Assembly: GCA_004431415.1 (NCBI GenBank)
Contig: QPMI01000169.1
Span: forward strand, 124,886-188,885
DNA length: 64,000 nucleotides
Source: Cyanophora paradoxa CCMP329
Lineage: Eukaryota > Plantae > Glaucophyta
Direction of reading: 5' to 3'
The notes below the pieces were generated by a model. It saw only the letters and a list, made by a program, of their open reading frames with translations, had not been told where the DNA came from and did not search any database. The position numbers and the translations under genes were made by a program. Of the stretch, positions 1 to 11,439 are shown piece by piece (position 1 is the stretch's first letter; each line of letters starts with the position of its first letter).

Positions 1-520
1 GATCTAGAGCATTTGCACAGCCTGGCAGTGCAGCTCATGATCGATCATGATCAGCCGCTGAATAGCTGCAGCTCATGATCAGCGGTTACGCGTTCACTGA
101 GTCTCTGAAGGGCGGGGGCGGCCGCGGCAGCAACCGTTGAACTGCCGCAGTGCGCAGCACCGCCGGCCCGTTCACGGTGGCACCTGCCGAGCCTCCCCGG
201 GGGGGGCCGCCGGGCCCAGTGGCCGAGACTCACGGGGCCCTCGGGCCCGGGGCCAGGCCGCTGAAGCCTCGGAAGCTGGCATGCCCTCAGGGCCTGTAAG
301 TCGACGTCTAGACTCTGATATTAAGTTTAGATCTAGCCTCAGGGCCTGTCTACGTCATGCCCCCGGGCCCCCGGCGTTCACGGTTGTGATCATGATCAGC
401 GCATCCGGATCCTGTGTTCCTCGAGCTGAGCTGACGTCTACAGCTACCCCACTAACCTGCGGGCTAGGTCTAGGACTGGGCGGCCTAGGTCTAGGTCTAG
501 GTCTATATATAGCTAGCTAG
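1..520. repeat. Non-coding island rich in short palindromes and micro-duplications
   Basis: TCATGATCGATCATGATC, GCAGCTCATGATC twice, CCTCAGGGCCTGT twice, (CTAGGT)3, AGCTAGCTAG. Confidence 0.6.
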
Positions 521-561
521 GCCGCCCAGCGGGGCGGCAGGCGATCGCGCGAGGCGCGCGG

Positions 562-3500
562 CTAGGAGTGTGCGTCGAGCCAGGAGGGCCCGAAGCCGAG
601 GGAGACCTCGACGCGGACGCCGTCGAGGGGCAGGGCGCCCGTCATCTCCCCCCGCACGATCTCCTCCACACGCTCCCGCTCCCCGGGCGCCACCTCCAGC
701 ACCAGCTCGTCGTGCACCTGCCGGCCCGACGCCCCGCGGCCTCGGCGAGGTGCTCGGGGCGCCCGCTCGGGGCCGGGGGCACCTGGAGGAGGAGCCGGCT
801 GGCGAGGCCCTCGCGCTGCAGCGCCCCGTGCACCCCCACCATCGCGATCCTGCGCCGGGGGTCAGGGGGCGGCCGCAGGGCCCGCGGGGGGTGGCGCCGG
901 GGCGCGCTTGATCATGTCGGCCTGGGTGCCCTGGATGGGCGTGTTGATGGCGACGCGGGCGGCCGAGGCCGACTCGAGCTTGTTCCGCGAGTTGATGAGG
1001 CGCACGTGCCGCCGCCGGCCCAGGAGCGTCGAGGCGTACCCCCGCTCGCGGCACTGGGCCTTGAGCTCCTCGAGGAGGCGGAGGACGCCCGGGTGGGAGG
1101 CGGCGTAGGCCGCCATCAGCGCCTTGGCCGTCCCCCGGTCCACCTTGAGGGACTGGGCGAGCCCGTGCGCGGTGATGCCGTACGGGATCGAGTAGTTGAC
1201 CTCCTTGGCCTTGCGCCGCTGCTCGTCCGTGACCTCGCCGGGGCCCACGCCGAACATCGCCGCCGCCGTGCGCCGGTGCACGTCCTCCCCCTCCCGGAAG
1301 GCCGCCAGCAGCGCCTCGTCCTGGCTCTGGGGCGGGAGGGTGAGGGGAGAGCAGAGCTGAGGGGCTTGGAAGGGGGGCGTGCCATGGAGGCGATGATGCG
1401 GAGCTCGATCTGGGAGTAGTCGGCGCAGAGGAGGCCCCAGCCGGGGCGCGCCACGAAGGCGCGGCGGACGCGCCGGCCGAGCTCGTCCCGCACGGGGATG
1501 TTCTGCAGGTTCGGGCTCGAGCTCGAGAGCCGCCCCGTCGCCGTCACCGTCTGCCCCCCCGCCCCTTAGACGAAACCCGGAGCCGAGCCGATGCAGAGCA
1601 GAGCGGGCTGTGGGGGACCTGGTTGAAGGTGGTGTGGAGGCGGCCGGTGCGGGGGTCGGCGAGGGCGAGCAGGCCCTCCACGTAGGTCGAGCGGAGCTTG
1701 GCGAGGGCGCGCCACTCGACGACGGCGGCGGGGAGCGCGTGCTGGCCCTTCAGCGCCTCCAGCGCCGCCTCGTCGGTCGCCCGCCGGCCGCCGCGGGTGC
1801 GCCGGGTCGCCTCGAGCCCGAGCTCGTCGTAGAGGAGCTCGGCGAGCTGCTTGGGGGAGGCGGGGTTGAAGTCGGGGCGCCCGGGGGCGGCGGCGGCGAT
1901 GCGGGCGCGCAGCCCGGCGAGGTCGCCCTCGAGCTGGGCGCCGAGGGCCTCGAGGAGGGGCCGGTCGAGGAGGACGCCCTCCTCCTCCATGTCCGCCAGC
2001 ACCCGCACCAGCGGCATCTCCACCGCCGCCGCGTACGACTCGAGGCCCACCTCCCGCAGCCTCCCCTCCAGCGCCTCCGCAGCCCGCAGCGCGCACTCCA
2101 CCCGCGCCCCCGCCCACGCGCCCAGCGCCTCGGGGCCGGCGCCCGGGGGCGGGGCCGGGGGCGGGGCGGGGAGGGCGAGGCGGGCGGCGAGGGCCTCGAG
2201 GTCGTGGCGGCTGCCCTCCTCGGGCCAGATGAGGTAGGAGGCGACGCCGACGTCGAGCAGGCCGCCCCGCAGCTCGATGCCCAGCGAGCGGAGGGCGCGG
2301 GCCGAGGCCTTGAGGTCGGCCCCCACCTTGAGCACGGCGGCGTCCTCGAGGACCTCGCGGAGGACGCCGGCGGCCACCGCGGGGGGCAGCCGCCGCTCCC
2401 CGCCCTCCGCCTCCCCCACCGGCACCAGCACCGCCCCGCCCTCCCCGCTGGTGAAGCAGAGGGCGGCCAGCCGCCCGCCCTCCACCAGCGTCGAGATCGC
2501 CAGCCGGCCCCGCTGCGCACCCGCTCGACCCCGCGGGGGGCGGCGGCGGCGGGGCGGGGCCGGCACCTCCCTGGCCTCACGCGCGAGGCGCATGAGGGTG
2601 CCCACCCTCACCTCCAGCGCCGCCGCCCCCAGAGCGCCCCCGCCGCTCCCATCCGGCGATGCCCCCTCCGCCGCCGCCGCCTTCTTGCGGCCGCGCTTGG
2701 GCGCCGCCGCCTCGCCGGCGGGGGCGGAGGGGTCGCGGGAGGGTGCGGGGCCCTTGGGGGGGAGGCGGCAGAGGGCCCTGCAGCGGGCGACGAGGGAGGG
2801 CCTGCCGGGGGGCGTCGGGGCGGGCAGCGGGGCGGGCGGCGGGGGGCGCACCCGAAGTTGAGGGAGGCGAGGAGGGGGAGGAGGGCGTCGGGGTCGGGGC
2901 CCCGCCGCGGCAGCGCGTCAAAGTCCAGCAGCTCCGCCGGCAGCGCCACGTCCTGCCCGACGTCAGGGGCCCGGGGAGAGGGGGCGAGGGACGGGCGGGG
3001 AGGGGTACGGTGGCGATGCGGAGGACGGCCTTGGCGACGGCGAGGGCCTCCCGGCTCGCCTCCAGCGCCGCCCGGTGCTGCCGCGCCGTCAGCGCAGGCG
3101 GGGCGGGGGGGCGGGGCGGGGGGGCGGGGGCGGGGGGGCGGGCCCTGGGGGAGGGGACTTCCGGGAGGCGGCGGAGGAGCTCCTCGACGGGCCCGAACTG
3201 CTGCAGCAGCGCCGGCGCGCTCTTCTCCCCGATCCCCCGCACCCCCGCCACGTTGTCGCTCTTGTCCCCCTGCCCGCCCCGCCCCACTCGCTGGCGGGGC
3301 GGGCCGGGGGCGGGGGGCGGGGGCGGACGACGAGGGCGAGGTAGTCGACGAAGAGGGCGGGCTCGAAGCCGCGCGCCTCGCGGAAGGCCTCCTCCGTGCG
3401 CCGCTCCAGCTCGTCCCCGGCCCCGGCCCCGGGGGCCCCGTTGCGCAGCACGACGATGCCCGGCCGCAGCAGCTGCTCGAAGTCCTTGTCCATCGACACT

Positions 3501-4479
3501 GCGCCCCCGCCCGCCCGCCCCCGGCCCCCGTGGGCGAGGGCGAGGGCGCGGGCGCAGGGCGGGCGGGGCGGGCGGACGGATGAAGACGTCGGTGCCGGCG
3601 GCGCGGGCGGCGAGGGCCATGGTGCCGATGACGTCGTCCGCCTCCACGCCCGCCTGCTCCACCACCGCCAGCCCCAGCGCCTCCGCTGCCCCCCGCCCCC
3701 CTCGCCGCGGGGCCGGCCGGCTGGCGGGCGGGGGCCGGCGGGGCGCACCGATGCGCTTGACGTAGGGCATGCCCTCCTGCAGCTCCTCCGGCATCTTGTC
3801 CCGCGTCGCCTTGTAGTCCGCCATCACCCGCCGCCGCCCCGCCGAGCCCCCTGCCCCCCGTCCACGCCCCTCGGCGGCGCCCGCCGGGGCGGGGCGGGGC
3901 GGGCGGCGGGGCGGGGCGCACCGGGGGCGTCGAAGACGACGACGACGCGGCGCTCCACGCCGTCCGGCTCCGCCTCCCCGGCCCCGATCACGCGCAGGAA
4001 CTTGAGCATGCTGTTGAGGAAGCCGAAGGGGGCCTTGGTGGAGACGCCTGCGCGCGCCGTCGCGCCGGCTCGTCTGCGCGAGCGCGGCGGGGAGGGGAGG
4101 ACGGCGGCGCGCGCCCTCCTGGTTCGTCATCTCGGAGGCCTTGCCGAGCGAGAAGAGGGAGCGGTAGGCGAGGTTCGTCCCGTCCACCAGGTAAAGCTCC
4201 TGCGGCGTCCGCTCAGCGCGGCCCTCGACGGCGGGAGCGGCGCGATCGCACTCTTTTGGCGGGCGCCTGCTTCGTGCTGACGTCCGGCGCGCGCGTATGC
4301 GCAGCCCGCACGGCGCTCGCGGCGTCGGGGAGGGCGGGCGGCGCCGGGGTCTGGAGCTCGGAGCGCCAACTCGGCCGTGCGAACGCGTTCCGCCCGAGCT
4401 TCGGGGGCTTGAACCCGAATCCACGCAAGCTTGGCCGCACGCGGGGCGCCCGCCGTGCGAGGGCGAGAACCGACAGCAT
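562..4479 (-). CDS. polA: Bacterial-type family A DNA polymerase I (5'-3' exonuclease, degenerate 3'-5' exonuclease, polymerase), organelle-targeted; multi-exon
   Basis: Exons encode [51 protein letters not shown] (5' nuclease), then [40 protein letters not shown] (motif A), [14 protein letters not shown] (motif B), [19 protein letters not shown] (motif C), ending [12 protein letters not shown] at 4479 gives an Arg-rich presequence joined by a GC-AG intron to ELYLVDG. Confidence 0.95.
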
Positions 4480-4935
4480 GCTCGCCGCTCCAGGGGCCGG
4501 CCGGCTTGACCAGACGGATCTGTGTGTCGGCGCGGGTGCCACAAACGTATGCGTCATAAGCCCGCGACGCCGCACGCCCAATAGCCCGCCTACGCCCGGC
4601 TCGGCGGGGGTACCGGCGAAGGAGCTTGACCCGCGAAGTCGGCCCGAGCGATGTTCTCCACCGTGGCGCCCCTCGGGGCCGTCCACCCGCCAGCGACGGC
4701 CGCTCTCACCGCGGCACGCTGCCACGGGGGGGCCGCGAAACTAGATCGCCGAACCGCGAAGCTGGGCCGCAGCCGCGTATTCACGGGCGTCGCGGGGCCC
4801 ACCGACAGCATCCAGCTTGCACGGCATCCTCGATGGAGGCGTTGTCCGGCCTCTCCGTCCGTTGTGTGCGCGGCGGACGGCGGTGCAGGTCGCACTGATT
4901 TCCTCAAGTCAACCGATCCGAGCGAGAGCCCAGCG

Positions 4936-5331
4936 ATGCCGCCGGCAAACCCGTACTACACAGAATGGCAAGACGGGTGAGCTCGGAGATCGCCCGCGCC
5001 CCAAGCTCGCCGCTGATTACCCGGTCAGCGCGGCAGCGGTATCGTCGGAGTGCAAGCGTCAGCCGCTCACAAAAGAGAAGCTGATCCTGACGAGAGGGAC
5101 GTGGGACTGGCAGGAGCACAGCGCGACGCGGCATAGGCTCGTCGGCCGCATGCGGTTCGAGAACCTGCACCCGCGCCACTACGTGTACATTCCCGAGGCA
5201 CGCCCCGCGCGCCCAGCCGCCACTCGTTGGCCGCTCCCGTCGCTCAGGCGGCGCCGCAGATCAAGGCCGAAGTGCAGCTCCTCGCGTCGGAGAGCACGGG
5301 CCGAGGCGTGGACAACTGCAAGGTCCGCCGC

Positions 5332-5388
<57 letters not shown>

Positions 5389-6876
5389 CGAGCAGGGGGC
5401 CGGGGCGCAGGTGCGGGTGAAGATCACTTCGGAGCACCCGGACGAGGAGAGCCCGGCGCGGCCCGACGGCTTCTGGTTCGCCTACATCCTCCAGGTGCCG
5501 CCCCGCCCTCGACGCCGCGCGCCGCCGTGCGGCGCGCCGAGGCGGCGGGGCGCAGCACAAGAAGTACACGAACGTGCTGGTGGAGATCGAGATCGAGGCG
5601 GAGGAGGGGACGGACCTGACCCACCTCCAGTCCGCCTACCTCCAGGTCCCCGCCCCGCCCGCTCCCGGCCGCCCCCGCGCCTGCACCGCTCTGAGCGGGC
5701 CGCAGGTGCACTACACGGTGTACGGGCGGAACGGGGTGGACGTGCGGACGCAGGCCGTCGTCCTGCCGATGACCTACGTGCCCCCGGGGCCGCCCCAGGC
5801 GCTGCCCCAGAACTGGCAGCGCCGCACGAACGCGATGGCGCGGGCCCCCTCGCCTCCGCCTCTCCTGCGCGCCTCACCCGCGCGGGGCAGGTGCTGCCGG
5901 TCAAGACGCACCTGCTGACGCACCTCGACGACCCCGTCCGCATCGTCGAGCGGCGCGTCCGGCTTCGCTTCGCCCCTCCCCTCGGCCCCGAGGAGGCCCC
6001 GCTGAGGGGGCGGGGTGCGCAGGTACATCATGCCGCTGTACAAGCCCGGGGACATCGTGGCGATCGCGGAGTCGCCGCTGGCGGTGATGCAGGGGCGGTA
6101 CCGGCACTTCCGGGAGGTCCGCTACACCTGGCTCGCCGTCCTCCTCTGCCGCCTCTTCGACAACGCCTCCTCCCTCTCCACCGCCGTCGGTCCGCCCCGC
6201 CCCGAGCGGACCCGCCCCGCCCCGCCTTGCCGCCCCCCGCGGCCTCCGACGGCGCGGCGCGGCAGGGATGCAGTCGCTGATCGACATCGTGGGCCCGCTG
6301 CGGGTGATCTTCGCGGCGATCGGGGCGGTCATCCTGCGCGTCCTCTTCAAGCGCCGCGGCGCCTTCTACGAGCTCGCCGGCGAACAGGCGAGCGGCCCCC
6401 GCGCCGGCCTCCGCAGCTCCAGGCGGCCGGAGCTGACGCCGGGCGTGCTTGCTCGCTCGGGCAGGCGCGGCTGATCGACGAGGTGACGGGCTCGATGCCG
6501 CCCTACGACCAGTGCGTCGTCCTCGGCCCCGAGAACGCCGTCCAGGTCCCCGCCCCCGCCCCGCCCCGCCCCGCCTGCCTCCACCTCGCTGAGCGGGGGC
6601 CGCCGCGGTGCGCTGGGGCAGGCGGTGCGGGAGATCCGGGCGCGGACGGGCGTCGAGGCGGCCGTCGTCGACGTGAACGACCTCCACCGCGTCAAGGCGC
6701 GCCCCACGCGACCCGCCCCGCCCGCTCTCCCCTGCTGAGGGGGGCCGGGGCCGGGGGTGCAGGTGCTGGCGGGGACGCCCGGGGTACGGGACGCGTTCCT
6801 GGGGGAGGTCCTCCTCGACAACCCCGCCGGCAACGCCAACCAGCAGACCCCCCTCGTCCTCGTCCGGCCCCTCTGA
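4936..6876 (+). CDS. Cyanobacterial-type F420-0:gamma-glutamyl ligase (CofE)-like protein; 12 exons
   Basis: Spliced product includes [85 protein letters not shown] and DNPAGNANQQTPLVLVRP*, recognised as the cyanobacterial CofE-like family. All 11 introns traced in frame. Confidence 0.85.
5325..5387 (+). repeat. Intronic (GCC)n trinucleotide repeat
   Basis: GCC run with two GCT interruptions; a similar (GGC)n run lies at 50740-50776. Confidence 0.85.
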
Positions 6877-7266
6877 CCCCGTACCCCGCCGGCGCCCCCC
6901 TCCCTCGCCCCCGCCCGCCTCGCCCCGGCCGGCAGCCCCGGCGCCCCGGGTCCCCTGCGGCCCGCCACTTTTTGCTTGCGTCGCCCTCACCTTGCAGCCA
7001 GCTGCAGCCGTTTTCGTAGGCAGGCTCTCGGCTGTTTTTTCCCCAGGCTCTCGGCGGCCTGCTCCGTTTCTGTTTAGCCTTGTACACTCCTGTGTTTTTT
7101 TGAATGATTGCGCTTTCCAATGTGATCATGCTGTGCAGTTCGGAGTCCGAGGCTCCGAGCCGGCTTGGCTCCAAGCCGCAAGCCGCTAGCCGGCAACTCA
7201 GGGTACACGGCACAACAAGCCATCGTCCTTCCAGACTCGGCGGCCTCCCGTACCGCGGCGCACGAA

Positions 7267-10200
7267 ATGGACGGTCGCGGTCGCGGTGCGCCTCCGGGCC
7301 CTCCAGGAGCGCCTCCGGGGCCGCCGCCGGGCCAGCCGCCGCCGTGGTTCGTGAGACTCTCGCGCGATGGATGCGTCGCGCCCGAAACGTAACGTGCGCG
7401 CGTTGAGCAGGGCTGGAAGAGGCGCGGGTCCTCCGCCTGGCTGGGGCCCTCCGCATGGGTGAGCGGCCCGCGGTCGCGGAAGCCAGCGACGCGAACTGAC
7501 CATGCATTCGTCCTCGCACGCGCAGCGCTCCTCCTCCAGGCTTCCCGCCGGTTAGCTGTGCCGCTTGCTCGCTCTGCGCGCTCATCGCTGACCCGCGCCA
7601 GATGCCACCTCCAATGGGCTTCCCTCCCGGCATGCCGCCGCCTCGCGGCATGCCGCCTCCTCCGCCCGGCATGCCGCCTCCGCATTTCGGCATGCCGTTC
7701 CCTCCGCCCGGCATGCCGCCGCCCAGGATGCCTCCCGGCATGCCGCCTCCCGGCATGCCGCCGCCTCTCGGCATGCCGCCGCCTCCCGGCATGCCGCCGC
7801 CTCCCGGCATGCCGCCGCCTCCCGGCATGCCGCCTCCGGGCTGGATGCCGCCGCCCGGCATGCCGCCGCCGGGCATGCCGCCGATGCTGCCGCCGGGCAT
7901 GCCCCCGCCGCTGCCGCCGGGGCAGCAGCCGCCGCCGCCGCCGGGGCAGCAGGCGGGGGCGGGCAAGGCGGTGAAGGCGGAGCCGGGGGAAGGCGAGGTG
8001 AAGGTGGAGGACGGAAGCGACGAGAGCAGCGGCAGCGAGGAGGAGGACGAGGGCGAGGGCGAGGCCGCCCGCGGGCCCCGAAGGCCCCGGGCCGCCCCCC
8101 GGCATGCCCCCGGGGATGCATCCCGGGCCGCCCCCGGGCCGCCCCCGCCGGGCTGGATGCCGCCCCCCGGCATGCCCGTGCCGCCCGGCATGTTCCCCCC
8201 GGCATGCCGCCCCCCGGCATGTTCCCCCGGGCATGCCCATGCCCCCGCCGGGGATGCCGCCCCCGGGGATGCTCCCGCCGGGGATGCCGCCCGGGGGCGG
8301 GCTGCTGGGGCCGGGCCCCTCGCCGCAGGACCTGCAGGCGATGATGGCGGCGCAGTCGATCGTCGCCGCCGTCGCCGGGCAGGCCGCCGCCGCCATGCCC
8401 CCGCCCATGCCCCCCGGCTTCCCCCCCGCCGGCCCGCCCCCCTCCGACGAGGAGATCGGCAAGGCCTGGGTCCGCCCCGCCGCCCCGCGCGCGCCCCCCG
8501 CGCGTCTGACCGCCTCTGGCGCAGTCGGAGCACGTGTCGCCGCAGGGCCCCAAGTACTACTGGAACCCCCTCCTCCGGCAGGCCACCTGGGCCAAGCCCC
8601 CGGGCTACAAGAAGCCCGTGCGCCCCCGCCCCGCGCCCCGCCCCCCGAGCTCGTTCCCGCCTGAGCGCCGGGGCGGCCGCAGAAGGGCCGCAAGTACACC
8701 AAGCCCGAGGCCATGTGCGCCCCCCGGGCCCCGCCCCGCCCGCCCCGCCGCCCCGCCCGCGCCGGCTGAGGGGGCGGGGGCAGCGAGCCGCTGGGGAACT
8801 CGGGGTGGTGCAAGGTGCGCTCCGTCGAGGGGCGGGAGTACGTCTACCACCCCGCCACCGCCACGGCGCTCTGGAAGCTGCCGTCCGAGGTCGAGCAGGC
8901 CCTCGCCGCCGCCGCCGCCCAGCTCGCCGCCATGCAGGCCGCCGCCCCGCCCGAGTGGCACCAGCACCAGCAGCAGGCGCTGCAGCCGCCGGTGCCGGCG
9001 GGGCCGACGGAGGAGGAGCTGGCGGAGATGGAGGAGGAGCGGCGGGCGCAGGAGGAGGCGGAGCGGGACATGCGGCTCGCCATGGAGGCCGAGCGCGCCG
9101 AGGTCATCCTCGCCCAGGCCAAGGCCCAGCAGACCCGCGGCGCCTCCTCCATCGTCAAGCGCAAGCTCGCCGCGTCCGCCCCGCCCCCGCGCCCGCCCCC
9201 GCCCGCCCCGTCGAGGGCCCCGCTGACGCGCCGCCGCCCGCAGCGAGGAGGAGGCCCCCGCCGCGCCGGCCCCGGCCCCGGCCCCGGCGCAGGCTGCGGC
9301 GGCGCCGGCGCAGCGGGAGGGGGCGGGGGAGGAGGAGGAGAGGGAGGAGGCGGGGGAGGAGGCGTCGCGGGTGTCTCCGGAGGAGCGGGTGGAGGGGTTC
9401 CGGGCGATGCTGCGGGAGCGCGGCGTGGCGGCCTTCGGCACGTGGGAGAGGGAGCTCCCCAAGTTCCTCTCCGACCCCCGCTACCGCCGTCCGCCCCCCC
9501 CGCCCCGCTCCCCTCTCCCCGCCGCCCCGCTCAGCTCGGCGATCAGTGCTGAGGACGCTGGAGGAGCGGCGGGCGGTCTTCGAGCAGTTCTCGCGCACGC
9601 GCGCGGAGGAGGAGCGGAGGGAGCGGGTGGCGCGGAAGAAGGCGGCGGCCGAGGGCCTCCGGGCGCTCCTGGACGAGCTGGCGGCGGCGAAGCGGATCAC
9701 GCACACGACGACGCTGCGGGAGCTGCAGGAGGAGGCGCAGCGGGAGGCGCGGGCGCGGGCGGCGCTGGCCGGGCTGGACGAGAAGGAGGCGGAGGCGATC
9801 CTGCGGGAGCGCACGGAGCCGCTGCGGCGGGCCGAGGAGGAGCGCGCCCGCTCCGAGCGCGAGAAGCTCAGGGCCGACTTCCACCGCGTCCGCCCGCCCC
9901 GCCCCGCCCCGCCCCGCCCCGCCCCGCCCCGCCCCGCCCCGCCCCGCCCCGCCTCCCCTCTGATCGGGGCGGGGCAGATGCTGCGGGAGCTGGGGACGGT
10001 GACGACGGCCTCCAAGTGGCTCGTCGTCCGCAAGTTCATCGAGCTCGACGCCCGCTACAAGGCCGTCTCCTACCCCAGGCCCGCCCCCGCCCCCGCCCCG
10101 GCCCCGGGCCCCGGGCCCCCGCTGACGCCGGCGGGGCAGCCTGCGGGAGGAGTTCTTCGCCGACTACCTCAAGCTGCTCAAGGAGGAGCAGGAGGGGGAC

Positions 10201-11224
10201 CGCCGCCGCGCCGAGGCGGAGCGGGCGGAGCGGGCGCGCAAGGAGGCGGAGGAGGCGGCGGCGCGGCGGCGGGCAGAGGAGGAGGCGCGGGAGGCGCAGC
10301 GGCGGGAGCGCGAGGCGGCGCTGGCGGCGAAGCGCGAGGCGCTGCCGGCGGCGCGGGAGGCCTACAGGGCGCTGTTGGGGGAGGCCGTGACCGACCACGA
10401 GGCCTCCTGGTCGACCATGAAGGAGGCCCTCAAGGCCGACCCGCGCTTCGCCGCCCCGCCCCTCGACCTCACCCCCGAGGAGGCCGCCGCCGGCGCCGCC
10501 CCCGCCGCCTCCGACCTCGACCCGTACGTGGTCGCCGCGGGGGCGCGGGCGGCGACGGAGCGGGAGCGGCTGTTCCGGGAGCACTGCGCGGCCCTCTTCC
10601 TGGAGCGGCGGGCCGCCTTCCTGGCGCTGCTGGGCGAGGCGGCGGCCTCGGAGGCCGGCCTGCCCCTCGACGCCCGCTGGCGCGACGTCGAAGGGCGCCT
10701 CGAGGCCGACCCCCGGTACCCCCCTTCCTCTTCCTCCCCCCGCTCCGGCCCGCGGGCGCTGAGCCGAGCCGCTCGGCAGGTACGGGGCGCTGGGGTCGGA
10801 GGCGGCGCGGAAGCGGGCGTTCGAGCGCTTCCAGGCGGACCAGCTGAAGGCGGCGAAGGAGGCGCTCGCGGCGCTGCTGCGGGAGACGGCGGGGATCGAC
10901 GCGGGGACGCCCACCGAGGGCTCCGGCCTCGACAAGGCCAAGGACCTCCTCCGCGTGCGCCCCCGCCCCCCGCCCCGCCCTCGTCTCTTTCCTCTGCTGA
11001 GGAGGGGCGGGCAGGGGGACGCGCGGTGGAAGCGGCTGGAGCCGTTCCGGAAGGAGCGGGAGGGGGCGCTGGTGGACCACGTGCGGGCCCTCCGCAAGGC
11101 CGCCGGCCTCCCCGAGCGCGACAGGGAGAAGGAGGAGCGCAAGCGCCGCCGCTCCCGCTCCAGGTCCCGCTCCCGCTCCCGGTCGAGGGGCCGCGACCGC
11201 GACGAGAAGAGCCGCCGCCGGTAG
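7267..11224 (+). CDS. TCERG1: TCERG1/PRP40C-like WW- and FF-domain splicing/transcription factor with Pro-rich N-terminus and RS tail
   Basis: Starts MDGRGRGAPPGPP. PPGM repeats, WW domains (KYYWNPLLRQATWAKP; REYVYHPATATALWKLP), FF repeats (FRAMLRERGVAAFGTWERELPKFLSDPRY), C-terminal RSRSRSRS. Apparent frameshifts at about 8070-8240 lie in C-runs. Confidence 0.85.
7602..7920 (+). repeat. Coding tandem repeat, ~15-18 bp unit (CCGCCGCCTCCCGGCATG) encoding PPPPGM
   Basis: Directly visible array of GGCATGCCGCC units; a second degenerate array lies at about 8100-8290. Confidence 0.9.
9890..9953 (+). repeat. Intronic (CCCCG)n array; G-quadruplex potential on the template strand
   Basis: Uninterrupted CCCCG pentamer run. 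A comparable (GGGGC)n array at 39981-40040 lies in an intron of a minus-strand gene. Confidence 0.85.
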
Positions 11225-11439
11225 CGGCCCCCGCGCCCCGCCGCCCCGCGCCACGCGCCCTGCGTCGTCACAGTGCAGTGTGCAATTCGGCAATCGAGAT
11301 GACAGAGAGTGTGAACCTGTGTCTCACGGTAAACGGATATGCGTGGGATCCGGAGGCCTCAAAACCTAGCCTCAAAGTTGATCCGGGTCGAGTCGAACAA
11401 GGAGGTGCAATTATCGGATGCCGCCGGGCCGGCCGGCGC

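Noticed and set aside
1-520. Dense restriction-site-like words suggesting a cloning polylinker or vector contamination
   Set aside because: No vector backbone or ordered multiple cloning site; the same vocabulary recurs in other intergenic regions.
562-6876. polA plus the CofE-like gene as a bacterial contig or transferred operon
   Set aside because: Both are full of host-type introns and are divergently transcribed. No evidence of co-transfer from sequence alone.
7602-7920. Regular short repeats resembling a CRISPR array
   Set aside because: No unique spacers, in-frame coding repeat, eukaryotic context and no cas genes.
8060-8240. Frameshifts in the TCERG1 PPGM region suggesting programmed frameshifting or a pseudogene
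   Set aside because: All fall in C/G homopolymers, and the duplicated segment shows the same one-base run differences. Sequencing error is the simpler explanation.
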